25,730 bases of DNA, taken from the IMG/VR virus record IMGVR_UViG_2706794664_000009; one strand, given 5' to 3'. Below, piece after piece: positions 17,479 to 25,730 of the stretch (the first letter of the stretch is position 1; the number at the start of each line of letters is the position of its first letter). The notes under the pieces were generated by a model that was not told where the DNA came from, searched no databases, and worked only from the letters and a program-made list of their open reading frames with translations. A program made the position numbers and the translations under genes. The DNA is from a virus (lineage: Duplodnaviria; Heunggongvirae; Uroviricota; Caudoviricetes).

Positions 17479-18455
17479 ATGAATCTGGTGATGTCAGATA
17501 TTACCCGCAACAAGCTGGGTTGCTATATGGCGCAGCAGGCGTCGCTTAACAATATCCCGGTTTCTGCACTGGTATCGCGATTTACCGTGGAACCTGCGGT
17601 GCAGCAACGTTTTGAAAACGCCTCAAAGGATAGCACCGAACTTACAAAAAAAATTAACGTGATCGGCGTGACCGACCAGAAAGGCGAAAAAATCCTCCTG
17701 GACACCACAGGACCGATTGCACGCACAAATACCAGTTATGACGGAACAAAACGCCGTAACCCGAATAACGTGGTTGATCTGAAAAACCGCAAATACCAGT
17801 GCGAACANNNNNNNNNNNNNNNNNNNNNNNNNNNNNNNNNNNNNNNNNNNNNNNNNNNNNNNNNNNNNNNNNNNNNNNNNNNNNNNNNNNNNNNNNNNNN
17901 NNNNNNNNNNNNNNNNNNNNNNNNNNNNNNNNNNNNNNNNNNNNNNNNNNNNNNNNNNNNNNNNNNNNNNNNNNNNNNNNNNNNNNNNNNNNNNNNNNNN
18001 NNNNNNNNNNNNNNNNNNNNNNNNNNNNNNNNNNNNNNNNNNNNNNNNNNNNNNNNNNNNNNNNNNNNACGTGACGCTGACTTCCCGCAACATGGACAAC
18101 ACCGTGGCGCACGCGGGTAAATACGCGAACCCTGATGCACTGGTACAGGACGCGCGCTCATCTCTGCTGGATGAATGGCACAAGGAAGCTGACGACCTCG
18201 TGGTGATTATGGGGCGCAACCTGTTTAACTCGCTGCGTCTGCCAGTGCTGAACAGCATCAGCGGCCAGAATCCCAATGCGGAATTACTTGCCGGGCAGCT
18301 CATCCTGTCATCGCGCACCATTGGCGGGCTGGGTGTGTTCCTTGCACCGTTCTTCCCGGATGCAACGATGCTGATCACCTCATTCAACAACCTGTCGATT
18401 TACTGGCAGAAAGGTTCAATGCGTCGTCTGATGAAAGACGAACCGGAATACAACC
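17479..18455 (+). CDS. N: Major capsid protein (P2 gpN homolog); internal masked run 17808-18068 and 3' end inside 18456-18709
   Basis: AGGAG RBS; matches recalled P2 gpN before and after the internal gap (RFTVEPAVQQ; RKYQCE; DLVVIMGRNL; PDATMLITSFNNLSIYW). Confidence 0.9.
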
Positions 18456-18709
18456 NNNNNNNNNNNNNNNNNNNNNNNNNNNNNNNNNNNNNNNNNNNNN
18501 NNNNNNNNNNNNNNNNNNNNNNNNNNNNNNNNNNNNNNNNNNNNNNNNNNNNNNNNNNNNNNNNNNNNNNNNNNNNNNNNNNNNNNNNNNNNNNNNNNNN
18601 NNNNNNNNNNNNNNNNNNNNNNNNNNNNNNNNNNNNNNNNNNNNNNNNNNNNNNNNNNNNNNNNNNNNNNNNNNNNNNNNNNNNNNNNNNNNNNNNNNNN
18701 NNNNNNNNN

Positions 18710-19357
18710 AGAAGCGCGAAAGCCGACATCAAAAAAGCGTTGTTGCCGGACTTTTCCGGCTGGATTGAGGGAACGCTGGAGGCTGACGGCGGGCAACAGG
18801 ACGAAGTGATTGCCACGCTGATGGTGTGGGCGATTGACTGCGGCGATCTTCCGCTTGCGCTGCGTATTGGTGCGTATGCGGTCCGTCACAACCTCATCAT
18901 GCCGGATAACTTTGGCCGTACTGCTGCCACAGTGCTGACCGAAGAAATCTGCAATCCGGTACTGACGCAGGCCGGGACGGATGCCGACGCGGATTTGTCC
19001 GTCTTTATCGAACCACTGGACACACTTTGGGAAATTGTCGCCAACCAGGATATGCCGGACGAAGTGCGCGCCAAATTATGCAAGGCGTGCGCCTTTGCCC
19101 GCCGTGGCCTGAGCGATGCGGACAGCATGGCCTCATCACTGAAGCTGCTGCGCGAAGCGATGCATCTGAACCAGAACGCAGGTGTGAAACGCGAGATTGC
19201 AACCCTTTCCCGCGCCCTGAAAAAAGCCGATTCCGCAGCCGCACCAGAAGACGCCAGCGCACAGCAGGCGCAGGACGAAAGCAGCGAAAGTAAAAAGACA
19301 ACGCGGAAGCCTGCAACACGAAAAACCACCGCGACGCAGAAGGCGAAGCGCGGTTAA
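18710..19357 (+). CDS. M: Terminase small / endonuclease subunit (P2 gpM homolog); 5' end inside masked run 18456-18709
   Basis: Frame open from the gap edge to the stop at 19357, with a basic C-terminal tail. Position between N and L. Expected length of about 247 aa puts the start inside the gap. Confidence 0.8.
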   Translation, partial: RSAKADIKKALLPDFSGWIEGTLEADGGQQDEVIATLMVWAIDCGDLPLALRIGAYAVRHNLIMPDNFGRTAATVLTEEICNPVLTQAGTDADADLSVFIEPLDTLWEIVANQDMPDEVRAKLCKACAFARRGLSDADSMASSLKLLREAMHLNQNAGVKREIATLSRALKKADSAAAPEDASAQQAQDESSESKKTTRKPATRKTTATQKAKRG

Positions 19358-19372
19358 CGACTGACCCCGTCA

Positions 19373-19444
19373 GCGGGCGGCGTGCGCGGTGTTCCGGTTT
19401 GGCTCCGTGACCGTTTACACCGCGCACCCACCGCCCGATTTTTT
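19373..19444 (+). terminator. Stem-loop followed by a T-run between M and L (candidate intra-operon terminator or attenuator)
   Basis: gcgggcggcgtgcgcggtg (19373-19391) pairs with caccgcgcac-cca-ccgcccg (19418-19437), giving a 10-bp plus 7-bp stem with a bulge and a 26-nt loop, followed by attttttc. The large loop lowers confidence. Confidence 0.3.
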
Positions 19445-19458
19445 CAGGAGTGAACCCC

Positions 19459-19953
19459 ATGAGTATGGTTGCCAGAACTGAACCCGGACCCGCAGAGGAC
19501 GACATCACCGACACCGAAGATGGCGATACCCGTATTTCAGCGGGTGCATTCTGGCCGGATATTGTGCTGCGCGAGCTGCGTCTGGCGGTACGACTGCCGG
19601 GCCGCGTGACCACCTCCCGCCTGCTGCATACCGCCACCGGGGCCGTGGCACACGTTACCCGCGAGCTGGAAGCATGGCAGCAGGAACAGCAGGCGGCTGG
19701 CCATCAGACGCTGGCCGATGTTCCGGCACCTGTAATTAACGGAGAAAGCGTCAATCTCTGGCACTGGCGCAATGCTGTTTATACCGCCACACGCGCCCTG
19801 ATTCTGGAGCGTTACCGCGATGCGGACACAACGGACAAGGGCGACCGCCGGGCGGACGCACTGGATATACAGACATCGGATTTGTGGCGCGATGTGAGCT
19901 GGGCCATCTCTGACATTCTGTGCCGCCCGCGAATCTTTGCGGAGTTGTGCTGA
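19459..19953 (+). CDS. L: Head completion protein (P2 gpL homolog)
   Basis: About 165 aa, size and position as P2 gpL. AGGAG sits 8 nt before ATG 19459; GTG 19450 is an alternative start. Confidence 0.8.
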   Translation: MSMVARTEPGPAEDDITDTEDGDTRISAGAFWPDIVLRELRLAVRLPGRVTTSRLLHTATGAVAHVTRELEAWQQEQQAAGHQTLADVPAPVINGESVNLWHWRNAVYTATRALILERYRDADTTDKGDRRADALDIQTSDLWRDVSWAISDILCRPRIFAELC

Positions 19954-20150
19954 TGAAAGTGAAGACACTGGAAGGCGACACCGTGGATTCGCTCTGTTTC
20001 CGGTACTACGGCACGACGCAGGGCGTCACCGAAAAGGTGCTGGATGCCAACCCCGGACTCTGCCGACAGGTATTTCTGGAAGCCGGACAGGAGGTGGAAA
20101 TGCCGGAGCCGGAGAAGAAAAAACAACGAGAGATGATACAGCTATGGTAA
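19953..20150 (+). CDS. X: Tail protein X (P2 gpX homolog)
   Basis: 65-aa ORF whose ATG overlaps the L stop. MKVKTLEGDTVDSLCFRYYGTTQGV ... ANPGL matches recalled P2 gpX. Confidence 0.8.
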   Translation: MKVKTLEGDTVDSLCFRYYGTTQGVTEKVLDANPGLCRQVFLEAGQEVEMPEPEKKKQREMIQLW

Positions 20151-20446
20151 CAGGTTTTTTTCAGCGGGTGAGTGACTGGATCACCTTCTGGGCATCAGTC
20201 ACAGCCACCACAATAGGCGTGATGACCATCAGTGAAAAAATCGCCCTTGCCGGGTTGTTACTCGGTTCTCTGTCTGCATTACATGCCTGGCGACATCGCC
20301 GCCTGATGGAAACCGCCATGCAGCGTCGCAATGAACTCATCGCCAGTATCCTGGCGCAGTCAGACGCACGGCCACTTCACGACAGTGAGCGTCAGGCTCT
20401 GAACATTCTGCGGGATAACGATACACATGATAAAGCTGCCCGTTAA
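20144..20446 (+). CDS. Putative holin (P2 gpY position)
   Basis: 100-aa ORF with two hydrophobic segments (WITFWASVTATTIGVMTI; IALAGLLLGSLSALHAW), immediately before the endolysin. Called by position and topology; the sequence differs from my recollection of P2 Y. Confidence 0.55.
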   Translation: MVTGFFQRVSDWITFWASVTATTIGVMTISEKIALAGLLLGSLSALHAWRHRRLMETAMQRRNELIASILAQSDARPLHDSERQALNILRDNDTHDKAAR

Positions 20447-20975
20447 ACGTTACGCCGTAGCCGCCATTGTGGCGCTGGGGTTCTCCATTGCCCCTCACAA
20501 ACTCCGGACCAGCCCGGAAGCGCAAATCCGCATTGCCACATGGGAGGACTGTCGCGCAACGCCTTACCGGGATATTGCCGGGGTAATGACCGTGGGGTGC
20601 GGCTCGACCGGGCATGTGGAAAATCGTCTGTACACCGAAACGGAAGTCGCCGGGCGCTGGGTTAATGATATGCAACATGCAGAAAACTGCATAAATCAGA
20701 ACTTCAGCGGCAACGCCATGCCACAGTCCGCGTTTGAGGCAATGACAGATGCCGCCTTTAATCTTGGATGCAGAAATCTTATGTGGTTCAGGGATAAGAA
20801 CCGTAACTACCACCGCACCACTATCTGGAAACATGCACAGGCGCACAACTGGCCTGACATGTGCAACAGACTGACTGACTTCGTGAACAGCGGCGGCGAA
20901 CGCTCACAGGGACTGGTTAACCGTCGTACTGATTTTCGTGCATGGTGCTTACGTGACACCGGAGGCCAGTCATGA
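20427..20975 (+). CDS. K: Endolysin, phage lysozyme (GH24-type) with a possible N-terminal SAR segment
   Basis: E-x8-D-x5-T catalytic arrangement (WEDCRATPYRDIAGVMT) typical of T4/P21-type lysozymes. The N-terminal Gly/Ala-rich weakly hydrophobic stretch (YAVAAIVALGFSIA) suggests a signal-anchor-release domain. Confidence 0.8.
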   Translation: MIKLPVKRYAVAAIVALGFSIAPHKLRTSPEAQIRIATWEDCRATPYRDIAGVMTVGCGSTGHVENRLYTETEVAGRWVNDMQHAENCINQNFSGNAMPQSAFEAMTDAAFNLGCRNLMWFRDKNRNYHRTTIWKHAQAHNWPDMCNRLTDFVNSGGERSQGLVNRRTDFRAWCLRDTGGQS

Positions 20976-21445
20976 AAGTGCGTTACATCCTGATGATGGC
21001 ACTGACCGTCCTCACGCTGCTGACCATAACACTCTGGCAGACATTCAGACTGGGGCAGGAAGACGGACACAACCGTTATACACAGGCGCAACTGGACGAT
21101 TACAGCCGGACCCTGAAAGAGGCCGGCACCATCATCAGCACCGCATCCGGTGTACTGCGTGACGTCATGACAGCGCGCCAGAACCGACAACAGGAAGGGG
21201 AAATCCGACGTGAACAGCTACGCAACGATATCACGACAGATGCATGTGCCCGCGCTGTTCCTGACGCTCGCTTTACTGAGCGGTTGCACCAGCACGCAGA
21301 ACGCGTCCGCGCCGCCGCCGTCGTTCCGTTTCATCCCGGAAGGGCTGACCGCCCCCGTACTTCCCCCGCCGTTTCCGGTGACGCCATCATGGGGAAACAT
21401 CGGGATATGGAGCGACAGCCTCATGGACGCACTGGAAACCTGTAA
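20972..21445 (+). CDS. lysB: Rz-like inner-membrane spanin (lysB position)
   Basis: N-terminal TM (ILMMALTVLTLLTITLW) followed by a charged, Gln/Arg-rich predicted periplasmic helical region. Its 3' part overlaps the lysC-like ORF in another frame. Confidence 0.55.
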   Translation: MKVRYILMMALTVLTLLTITLWQTFRLGQEDGHNRYTQAQLDDYSRTLKEAGTIISTASGVLRDVMTARQNRQQEGEIRREQLRNDITTDACARAVPDARFTERLHQHAERVRAAAVVPFHPGRADRPRTSPAVSGDAIMGKHRDMERQPHGRTGNL

Positions 21446-21530
21446 CGCCGATAAGCGGGCCATTGAATTACTGGAACAGCGCAGGCTGCAACGACTGAAC
21501 AACGAGGACAACAACCATGCTGAAAACTGA
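21210..21530 (+). CDS. lysC: Rz1-like outer-membrane lipoprotein spanin (lysC position)
   Basis: Lipoprotein signal with lipobox LLSGC, then a proline-rich mature region (PPPSFRFIPEGLTAPVLPPPFPVTPS). GTG 21210 has AGGAAGGGG upstream; ATG 21240 is an alternative start. Confidence 0.6.
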   Translation: MNSYATISRQMHVPALFLTLALLSGCTSTQNASAPPPSFRFIPEGLTAPVLPPPFPVTPSWGNIGIWSDSLMDALETCNADKRAIELLEQRRLQRLNNEDNNHAEN

Positions 21531-21984
21531 TTCCCTGCGTGAAGCCATGACCCGTTCATGCCGGTGGTGTCATGCCAACCCGGAAAAATTCACCATTTTC
21601 GTGGAGAGCGGCAACATTGAAACGACCGGAGAAACCCCATCGTTTGTTTACCGCTATCAGATAGTGATGTTTGTCATGGATTACGCCGGAGAGCTGGACG
21701 ACCTCACGCTGCCGCTGCTGGCGTGGTTATCCGAAAATCAGCCACAGTTGTTGCTCAATCCGGAGCGTAATCAGGACATCAAATTTTCCGCCGTTATCAA
21801 TGACGATGACAGCGCCGATCTCCTGTTTACGCTCCCCCTGCGGGAACGCGTTCGCATCACGCGCAGCAGTCAGGGCACACCGCAGGCAGAACACCTGCCG
21901 GAGCCAAAACCCCGCCTGCCCTCTTCCGAAGGCGACTGGTCGCATGTATTCCAGGATGTGACGTGGGGGGAAAGCGATGGATAA
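21517..21984 (+). CDS. R: Tail completion protein (P2 gpR homolog)
   Basis: 155 aa, the same length as P2 gpR, and in the same position after the lysis cassette. Confidence 0.75.
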   Translation: MLKTDSLREAMTRSCRWCHANPEKFTIFVESGNIETTGETPSFVYRYQIVMFVMDYAGELDDLTLPLLAWLSENQPQLLLNPERNQDIKFSAVINDDDSADLLFTLPLRERVRITRSSQGTPQAEHLPEPKPRLPSSEGDWSHVFQDVTWGESDG

Positions 21985-22612
21985 GGCATTCACCCGCGTG
22001 GATGAAACCTTTGAGGCTATCCGCGACAGCCTGAATCAGCAGGCCATTAATAACATCGCCAGAAAGCTGGCACAGGATTTACGCCGCGCCCAGCAGGCGC
22101 GTATCCGGTCACAGAAAGCGCCGGACGGGACCGCATGGACACCACGCAGACGCCGCGTAACCCGGATACAGGAGCGCATTCGCTTTATCTGGAATAACGA
22201 AGCACGCACGCTGAAAAACTGGCATCACGACACGGGGAAATACGGGCGAACCATCACCGGGTGGGATGAGGATAAAAACAATATCCGCACGTTTTACCGG
22301 GATGACATCGACCGTTTTCTGGAAATACGCACCCGGCGCATCAACCAGGACAGCACCAGGCGCGTCTCCATGTTCGTAAAACTGCGCACCGCCCGCTACC
22401 TGAAAGCCCGTGCAGATGCTTCCGGTGTGACGGTGGGTTACAGCGGCGTGGCCGCACGTATTGCACGCGTTCATCAGTTCGGTGAGCGCGATCAGGTTGC
22501 GCCGGGCATTTTCACCGATTACCCGGTACGTGAGCTGCTGGGTATCAGCCAGGCAGATGAGCGCCTGATTTATAACACGGTGCTGGGCCGGATTGCGGAG
22601 GCTGTACGATGA
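21977..22612 (+). CDS. S: Tail completion / virion morphogenesis protein (P2 gpS family)
   Basis: 211-aa ORF overlapping the R stop and the V start. C-terminal region (ARIARVHQFGERDQVAPGIFTDYPVRELLGISQADE) resembles the gpS family. It is longer than I recall P2 gpS to be. Confidence 0.75.
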   Translation: MDKAFTRVDETFEAIRDSLNQQAINNIARKLAQDLRRAQQARIRSQKAPDGTAWTPRRRRVTRIQERIRFIWNNEARTLKNWHHDTGKYGRTITGWDEDKNNIRTFYRDDIDRFLEIRTRRINQDSTRRVSMFVKLRTARYLKARADASGVTVGYSGVAARIARVHQFGERDQVAPGIFTDYPVRELLGISQADERLIYNTVLGRIAEAVR

Positions 22613-23211
22613 GCGCAGAACTCATGCGACTGCTGAGCAATATCATCCGCACCGGGATCATCTCTGAAGTTGATGAGGAATCCTGGTGCGTGCGCGTTCG
22701 CAGCGGCGAACTGGAAACAGGCTGGCTGCGCTGGAACACCACGCGCGCGGGAGACNNNNNNNNNNNNNNNNNNNNNNNNNNNNNNNNNNNNNNNNNNNNN
22801 NNNNNNNNNNNNNNNNNNNNNNNNNNNNNNNNNNNNNNNNNNNNNNNNNNNNNNNNNNNNNNNNNNNNNNNNNNNNNNNNNNNNNNNNNNNNNNNNNNNN
22901 NNNNNNNNNNNNNNNNNNNNNNNNNNNNNNNNNNNNNNNNNNNNNNNNNNNNNNNNNNNNNNNNNNNNNNNNNNNNNNNNNNNNNNNNNNNNNNNNNNNN
23001 NNNNNNNNNNNNNNNNNNNNNNNNNNNNNNGCCTGTCGTGGAATGCACAGACCTTCTGAGAACAGCGACGCTTGACGTCACAAAAGGGGGAACGATGAGC
23101 GGCAATATCACGCACAGCGGCGGCGATTTCACCTCAAACGGCATCACAGTGCATACGCATAAGCACGGTGGCGTTAAAGGTGGCAGCGATTCGACAGGAG
23201 GCCCGCAGTGA
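22609..23211 (+). CDS. V: Baseplate spike / assembly protein (P2 gpV homolog); internal masked run 22756-23030
   Basis: Same frame on both sides of the gap. Gly-rich C-terminus (HTHKHGGVKGGSDSTGGPQ). Position between S and W. Confidence 0.8.
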   Translation: MSAELMRLLSNIIRTGIISEVDEESWCVRVRSGELETGWLRWNTTRAGDXXXXXXXXXXXXXXXXXXXXXXXXXXXXXXXXXXXXXXXXXXXXXXXXXXXXXXXXXXXXXXXXXXXXXXXXXXXXXXXXXXXXXXXXXXXXPVVECTDLLRTATLDVTKGGTMSGNITHSGGDFTSNGITVHTHKHGGVKGGSDSTGGPQ

Positions 23212-23549
23212 CAACCCGCTACACAGGAATGAACCCGGACGGGACGGGAAACCTGAACGATATGGCGCACCTGAAACAGTCAGTCAGGGACATCCTGACC
23301 ACCCCGCTGGCAAGCCGGGTTATGCGACGGGAATATGGCAGCCTTGTGCCTGATTTGATTGACGAACCCATGAATAACACCACGCGTCTGCAATGCATGA
23401 GTGCTACCGTGATTGCACTGACACGATGGGAACCACGCATTGCCCTGAACGCCATCGACGTTGTCTGGAAGGCAGGAGGCCACGCCGGGGTGACGCTGTC
23501 GGGCACTGTCATGCAGACCATGCAGAATGTTGAATTAACCATCACGCTG
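23208..23549 (+). CDS. W: Baseplate wedge protein (P2 gpW / gp25-like); 3' end inside masked run 23550-23805
   Basis: GTG start overlapping the V stop (GTGA), with GGAGG upstream. Size and position as P2 gpW (about 115 aa), which would end just inside the gap. Confidence 0.7.
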
Positions 23550-23806
23550 NNNNNNNNNNNNNNNNNNNNNNNNNNNNNNNNNNNNNNNNNNNNNNNNNNN
23601 NNNNNNNNNNNNNNNNNNNNNNNNNNNNNNNNNNNNNNNNNNNNNNNNNNNNNNNNNNNNNNNNNNNNNNNNNNNNNNNNNNNNNNNNNNNNNNNNNNNN
23701 NNNNNNNNNNNNNNNNNNNNNNNNNNNNNNNNNNNNNNNNNNNNNNNNNNNNNNNNNNNNNNNNNNNNNNNNNNNNNNNNNNNNNNNNNNNNNNNNNNNN
23801 NNNNNG

Positions 23807-24493
23807 CGGGTCAATGAGGCCGCACGCGCCTGCATGTTGAGCCACAGCGCCGGAACAGACCTGGACAACCTCGCGGGCAATATGAACACAAAGCGCCTGG
23901 TTATCACTCCGGCAACGGATACCACCGACGTGGTGATGGAGAACGACACCTCGCTGAGACTGCGGGCGCAGCGGGCGTATGACGGCCTGAGTGTTGCAGG
24001 CCCGTCAGGCGCATACGAGTATTTTGCCCGCAGCGCCAGCGGTCTGGTGCGCGATGCGCGGGCCATCAGTCCGTCTCCGGCAAATGTGACGGTTTCCATC
24101 CTGTCCACTGAGGGCGACGGCACAGCAACGGAGGCGTTGCTTAATACCGTTCGCGCCGTTCTGAATGCAGAGGATACCCGCCCGGTGGCCGACCGCCTGA
24201 CCGTACAGAGTGCCAGAATCGTGACATGGCGGCTGAATGCAAAACTGTACTTTTACCCCGGTCCGGAATCCGAACCTATTCTGGCTGCGGCTGAATCGTC
24301 GTTCAGGAAGTGGCTGGCTGAGCAGGGGCTTATCGGTCAGGACGTGGCGTTGTCCGCCATTGCTGCCGCACTGCATGTGCACGGTGTGCAACGCGTGGAG
24401 ATAATCGAACCCACACAGAATATGGCCATCAGCGACATACAGGCGGCGCGCTGTGAGTCATTCACCATCAGCGAAGGTGGGCGTAATGAGTAA
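23807..24493 (+). CDS. J: Baseplate assembly protein (P2 gpJ homolog); 5' end inside masked run 23550-23805
   Basis: Frame open from the gap edge (RVNEAARACMLSHSAG...) to the stop at 24493. Position between W and I. P2 gpJ is about 302 aa, so roughly 70 residues are masked. Confidence 0.8.
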   Translation, partial: RVNEAARACMLSHSAGTDLDNLAGNMNTKRLVITPATDTTDVVMENDTSLRLRAQRAYDGLSVAGPSGAYEYFARSASGLVRDARAISPSPANVTVSILSTEGDGTATEALLNTVRAVLNAEDTRPVADRLTVQSARIVTWRLNAKLYFYPGPESEPILAAAESSFRKWLAEQGLIGQDVALSAIAAALHVHGVQRVEIIEPTQNMAISDIQAARCESFTISEGGRNE

Positions 24494-25016
24494 TTCACTG
24501 TTACCACCATCAGCCAGCAATTTCATGCGTTGTGCCGAAGCCGTCGGAACACGCATTACAGACATTCCGGCAGACCTCAACACGCTGTGGTCGCCGGACA
24601 CCTGCCCGGTGCATCTGCTGCCTTATCTCGCCTGGGCGTTTTCCGTTGACCGCTGGGATCGCAACTGGCCGGAAGAGACAAAGCGACAGGTGATTCGTGA
24701 TGCATGGCTGATACACCGACACAAAGGAACCATCAGCGCCCTGCGACGGGCCATTGAGCCGCTGGGATACCTCATTCGCGTGTCTGAGTGGTGGGAGTTC
24801 AACGGCGAACCCGGAACATTCAAGATTGATGTTGGCACGCTGGACAGTGGCGTGACGGAGGAAATGTATCTGGAAATGGAGCGGTTGATTGCTGATGCCC
24901 GCCCGGTCAGCCGCCACATGACAGGGCTGAATATCATTCAGGAGATTCAGGGAGATATTTTCGCGGCAGCAGCAACTTACGACGGTGAAGTCATTACCAT
25001 TTATCCGGACGATTAA
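24486..25016 (+). CDS. I: Baseplate assembly protein (P2 gpI homolog)
   Basis: 176 aa from ATG 24486, the same length as P2 gpI. Start overlaps the J 3' end. Confidence 0.8.
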   Translation: MSNSLLPPSASNFMRCAEAVGTRITDIPADLNTLWSPDTCPVHLLPYLAWAFSVDRWDRNWPEETKRQVIRDAWLIHRHKGTISALRRAIEPLGYLIRVSEWWEFNGEPGTFKIDVGTLDSGVTEEMYLEMERLIADARPVSRHMTGLNIIQEIQGDIFAAAATYDGEVITIYPDD

Positions 25017-25018
25017 GC

Positions 25019-25730
25019 ATGAGTACCACAACACGAAAATTTAAAACCATTATCACCGATACGGGTGCAAAAAAATTAGCGCAGGCAACCGCGCCAGATG
25101 GGAAACCTGTCCGCCTGACACATATGGCCGTGGGTGACGGCGGCGGTACTTTACCCACGCCAGACAGTAAGCAGACCCGTCTTGTGCATGAGGTGTGGCG
25201 ACATACCGTTAATCGCGTCACCCTGGACGCAACACATCAGAACCACATTATTGCGGAGCTGGTTATTCCTCCTGAAACGGGCGGATTCTGGATCCGGGAA
25301 ATTGGTGTGTTTGATGAGCACGGCGATTTGATCGCGGTAGGCAATACTGCCGAAAGTTACAAGCCAACCGTTGCCGAAGGATCCGGACGTGCACAAACAT
25401 TTCGCACCATTCTGACCGTATCCAGCACTGCCACTGTGGCGCTTACCGTGGATAACACCATGGTGATGGCCACAGTGAATTACGTGGATGACAAACTGAA
25501 AGAGCATGAACAGTCACGACGTCACCCGGACGCCTCGCTGACCGCAAAAGGCCTTGTCCAGCTCAGCAACGCCACCAACAGCACGTCTGAAACGCTGGCA
25601 GCGACACCAAAAGCCGTTAAGGCAGTAATGGATGAAACGAACAAGAAAGCCCCATTAAACAGCCCGGCACTGACCGGAACGCCAACAACACCAACTGCGC
25701 GACAGGGAACGAATAATACCCAAATCGCAA
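25019..25730 (+). CDS. H: Tail fibre protein (P2 gpH homolog), N-terminal part; continues beyond the window
   Basis: Not in the ORF track because it has no stop within the window. Translation from ATG 25019 (MSTTTRKFKTIITDTGAKKLAQATAPDGKPVRLTHMAVGDGGG ... HEVWRH ... IIAELVIPPETGGFW ... HEQSRRHPDASLTAKG ... SATNSTSETLAATPKAVK) closely matches the conserved P2 gpH N-terminal region. Confidence 0.85.
   Translation, partial: MSTTTRKFKTIITDTGAKKLAQATAPDGKPVRLTHMAVGDGGGTLPTPDSKQTRLVHEVWRHTVNRVTLDATHQNHIIAELVIPPETGGFWIREIGVFDEHGDLIAVGNTAESYKPTVAEGSGRAQTFRTILTVSSTATVALTVDNTMVMATVNYVDDKLKEHEQSRRHPDASLTAKGLVQLSNATNSTSETLAATPKAVKAVMDETNKKAPLNSPALTGTPTTPTARQGTNNTQIA

Larger units (their letters stand above)
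3030..25730. mobile_element. P2-like (Peduovirus-type) prophage, partial; right end lies beyond the window
   Basis: Complete P2 synteny: int, C, cox-like, A, cos region, Q, P, O, N, M, L, X, holin, endolysin, spanins, R, S, V, W, J, I, H. The left boundary is uncertain: attL could be near 3030 or inside the masked run 4022-4252 next to the int 3' end. Confidence 0.85.

Noticed and set aside
19005-20126. Minus-strand ORFs of 104-210 aa overlapping M, L and X
   Set aside because: Antisense to well-supported late structural genes, with no RBS context and Arg/Ser/Pro-rich translations.
20337-23270. Minus-strand ORFs overlapping the endolysin, spanin, R, S and V genes (20337-20846, 20807-21190, 21218-21559, 22109-22474, 22545-23270)
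   Set aside because: Antisense to the plus-strand late operon that matches P2 order and motifs; some span masked runs.
1-25730. CRISPR array or other long interspersed repeat arrays
   Set aside because: The only regular tandem repeats are the 33-bp coding repeats at 3300-3455 and short regulatory repeats. No repeat-spacer architecture is present.

Overview
The window holds the E. coli-type nlpC-btuD-btuE-btuC locus (60-2945, minus strand) followed by a P2-like (Peduovirus-type) prophage that runs off the right edge inside tail-fibre gene H. Where E. coli K-12 (from memory) has ihfA upstream of btuC, this window has foreign DNA instead. Prophage order is the canonical P2 layout: int and C repressor (minus), then cox-like gene, seven small early ORFs and the rolling-circle initiator A (plus), then an accessory locus, then the cos region, Q-P (minus), and O-N-M-L-X-holin-endolysin-spanins-R-S-V-W-J-I-H (plus). 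The most interesting part is the accessory locus between gene A and cos (10.7-13.2 kb), the position occupied by orf91-tin-old in P2. Here it carries a ParM-like actin-type ATPase, a ParR-like small protein preceded by two palindromic 20-bp repeats, and a tight AT-rich three-gene operon (174 aa, 79 aa, and a 61-aa zinc-finger protein) that I cannot assign to any family. A second unassigned pair lies between btuC and int: a tandem-repeat coiled-coil membrane-anchored protein and a zinc-ribbon protein. Eight runs of N (about 230-275 nt each) interrupt int, A, parM, P, N, N/M, V and W/J; reading frames do not always match across them, so partial coordinates are approximate. All calls come from reading the sequence and recalled protein-family knowledge; no database search was run. 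No tRNA, rRNA or CRISPR array was seen.
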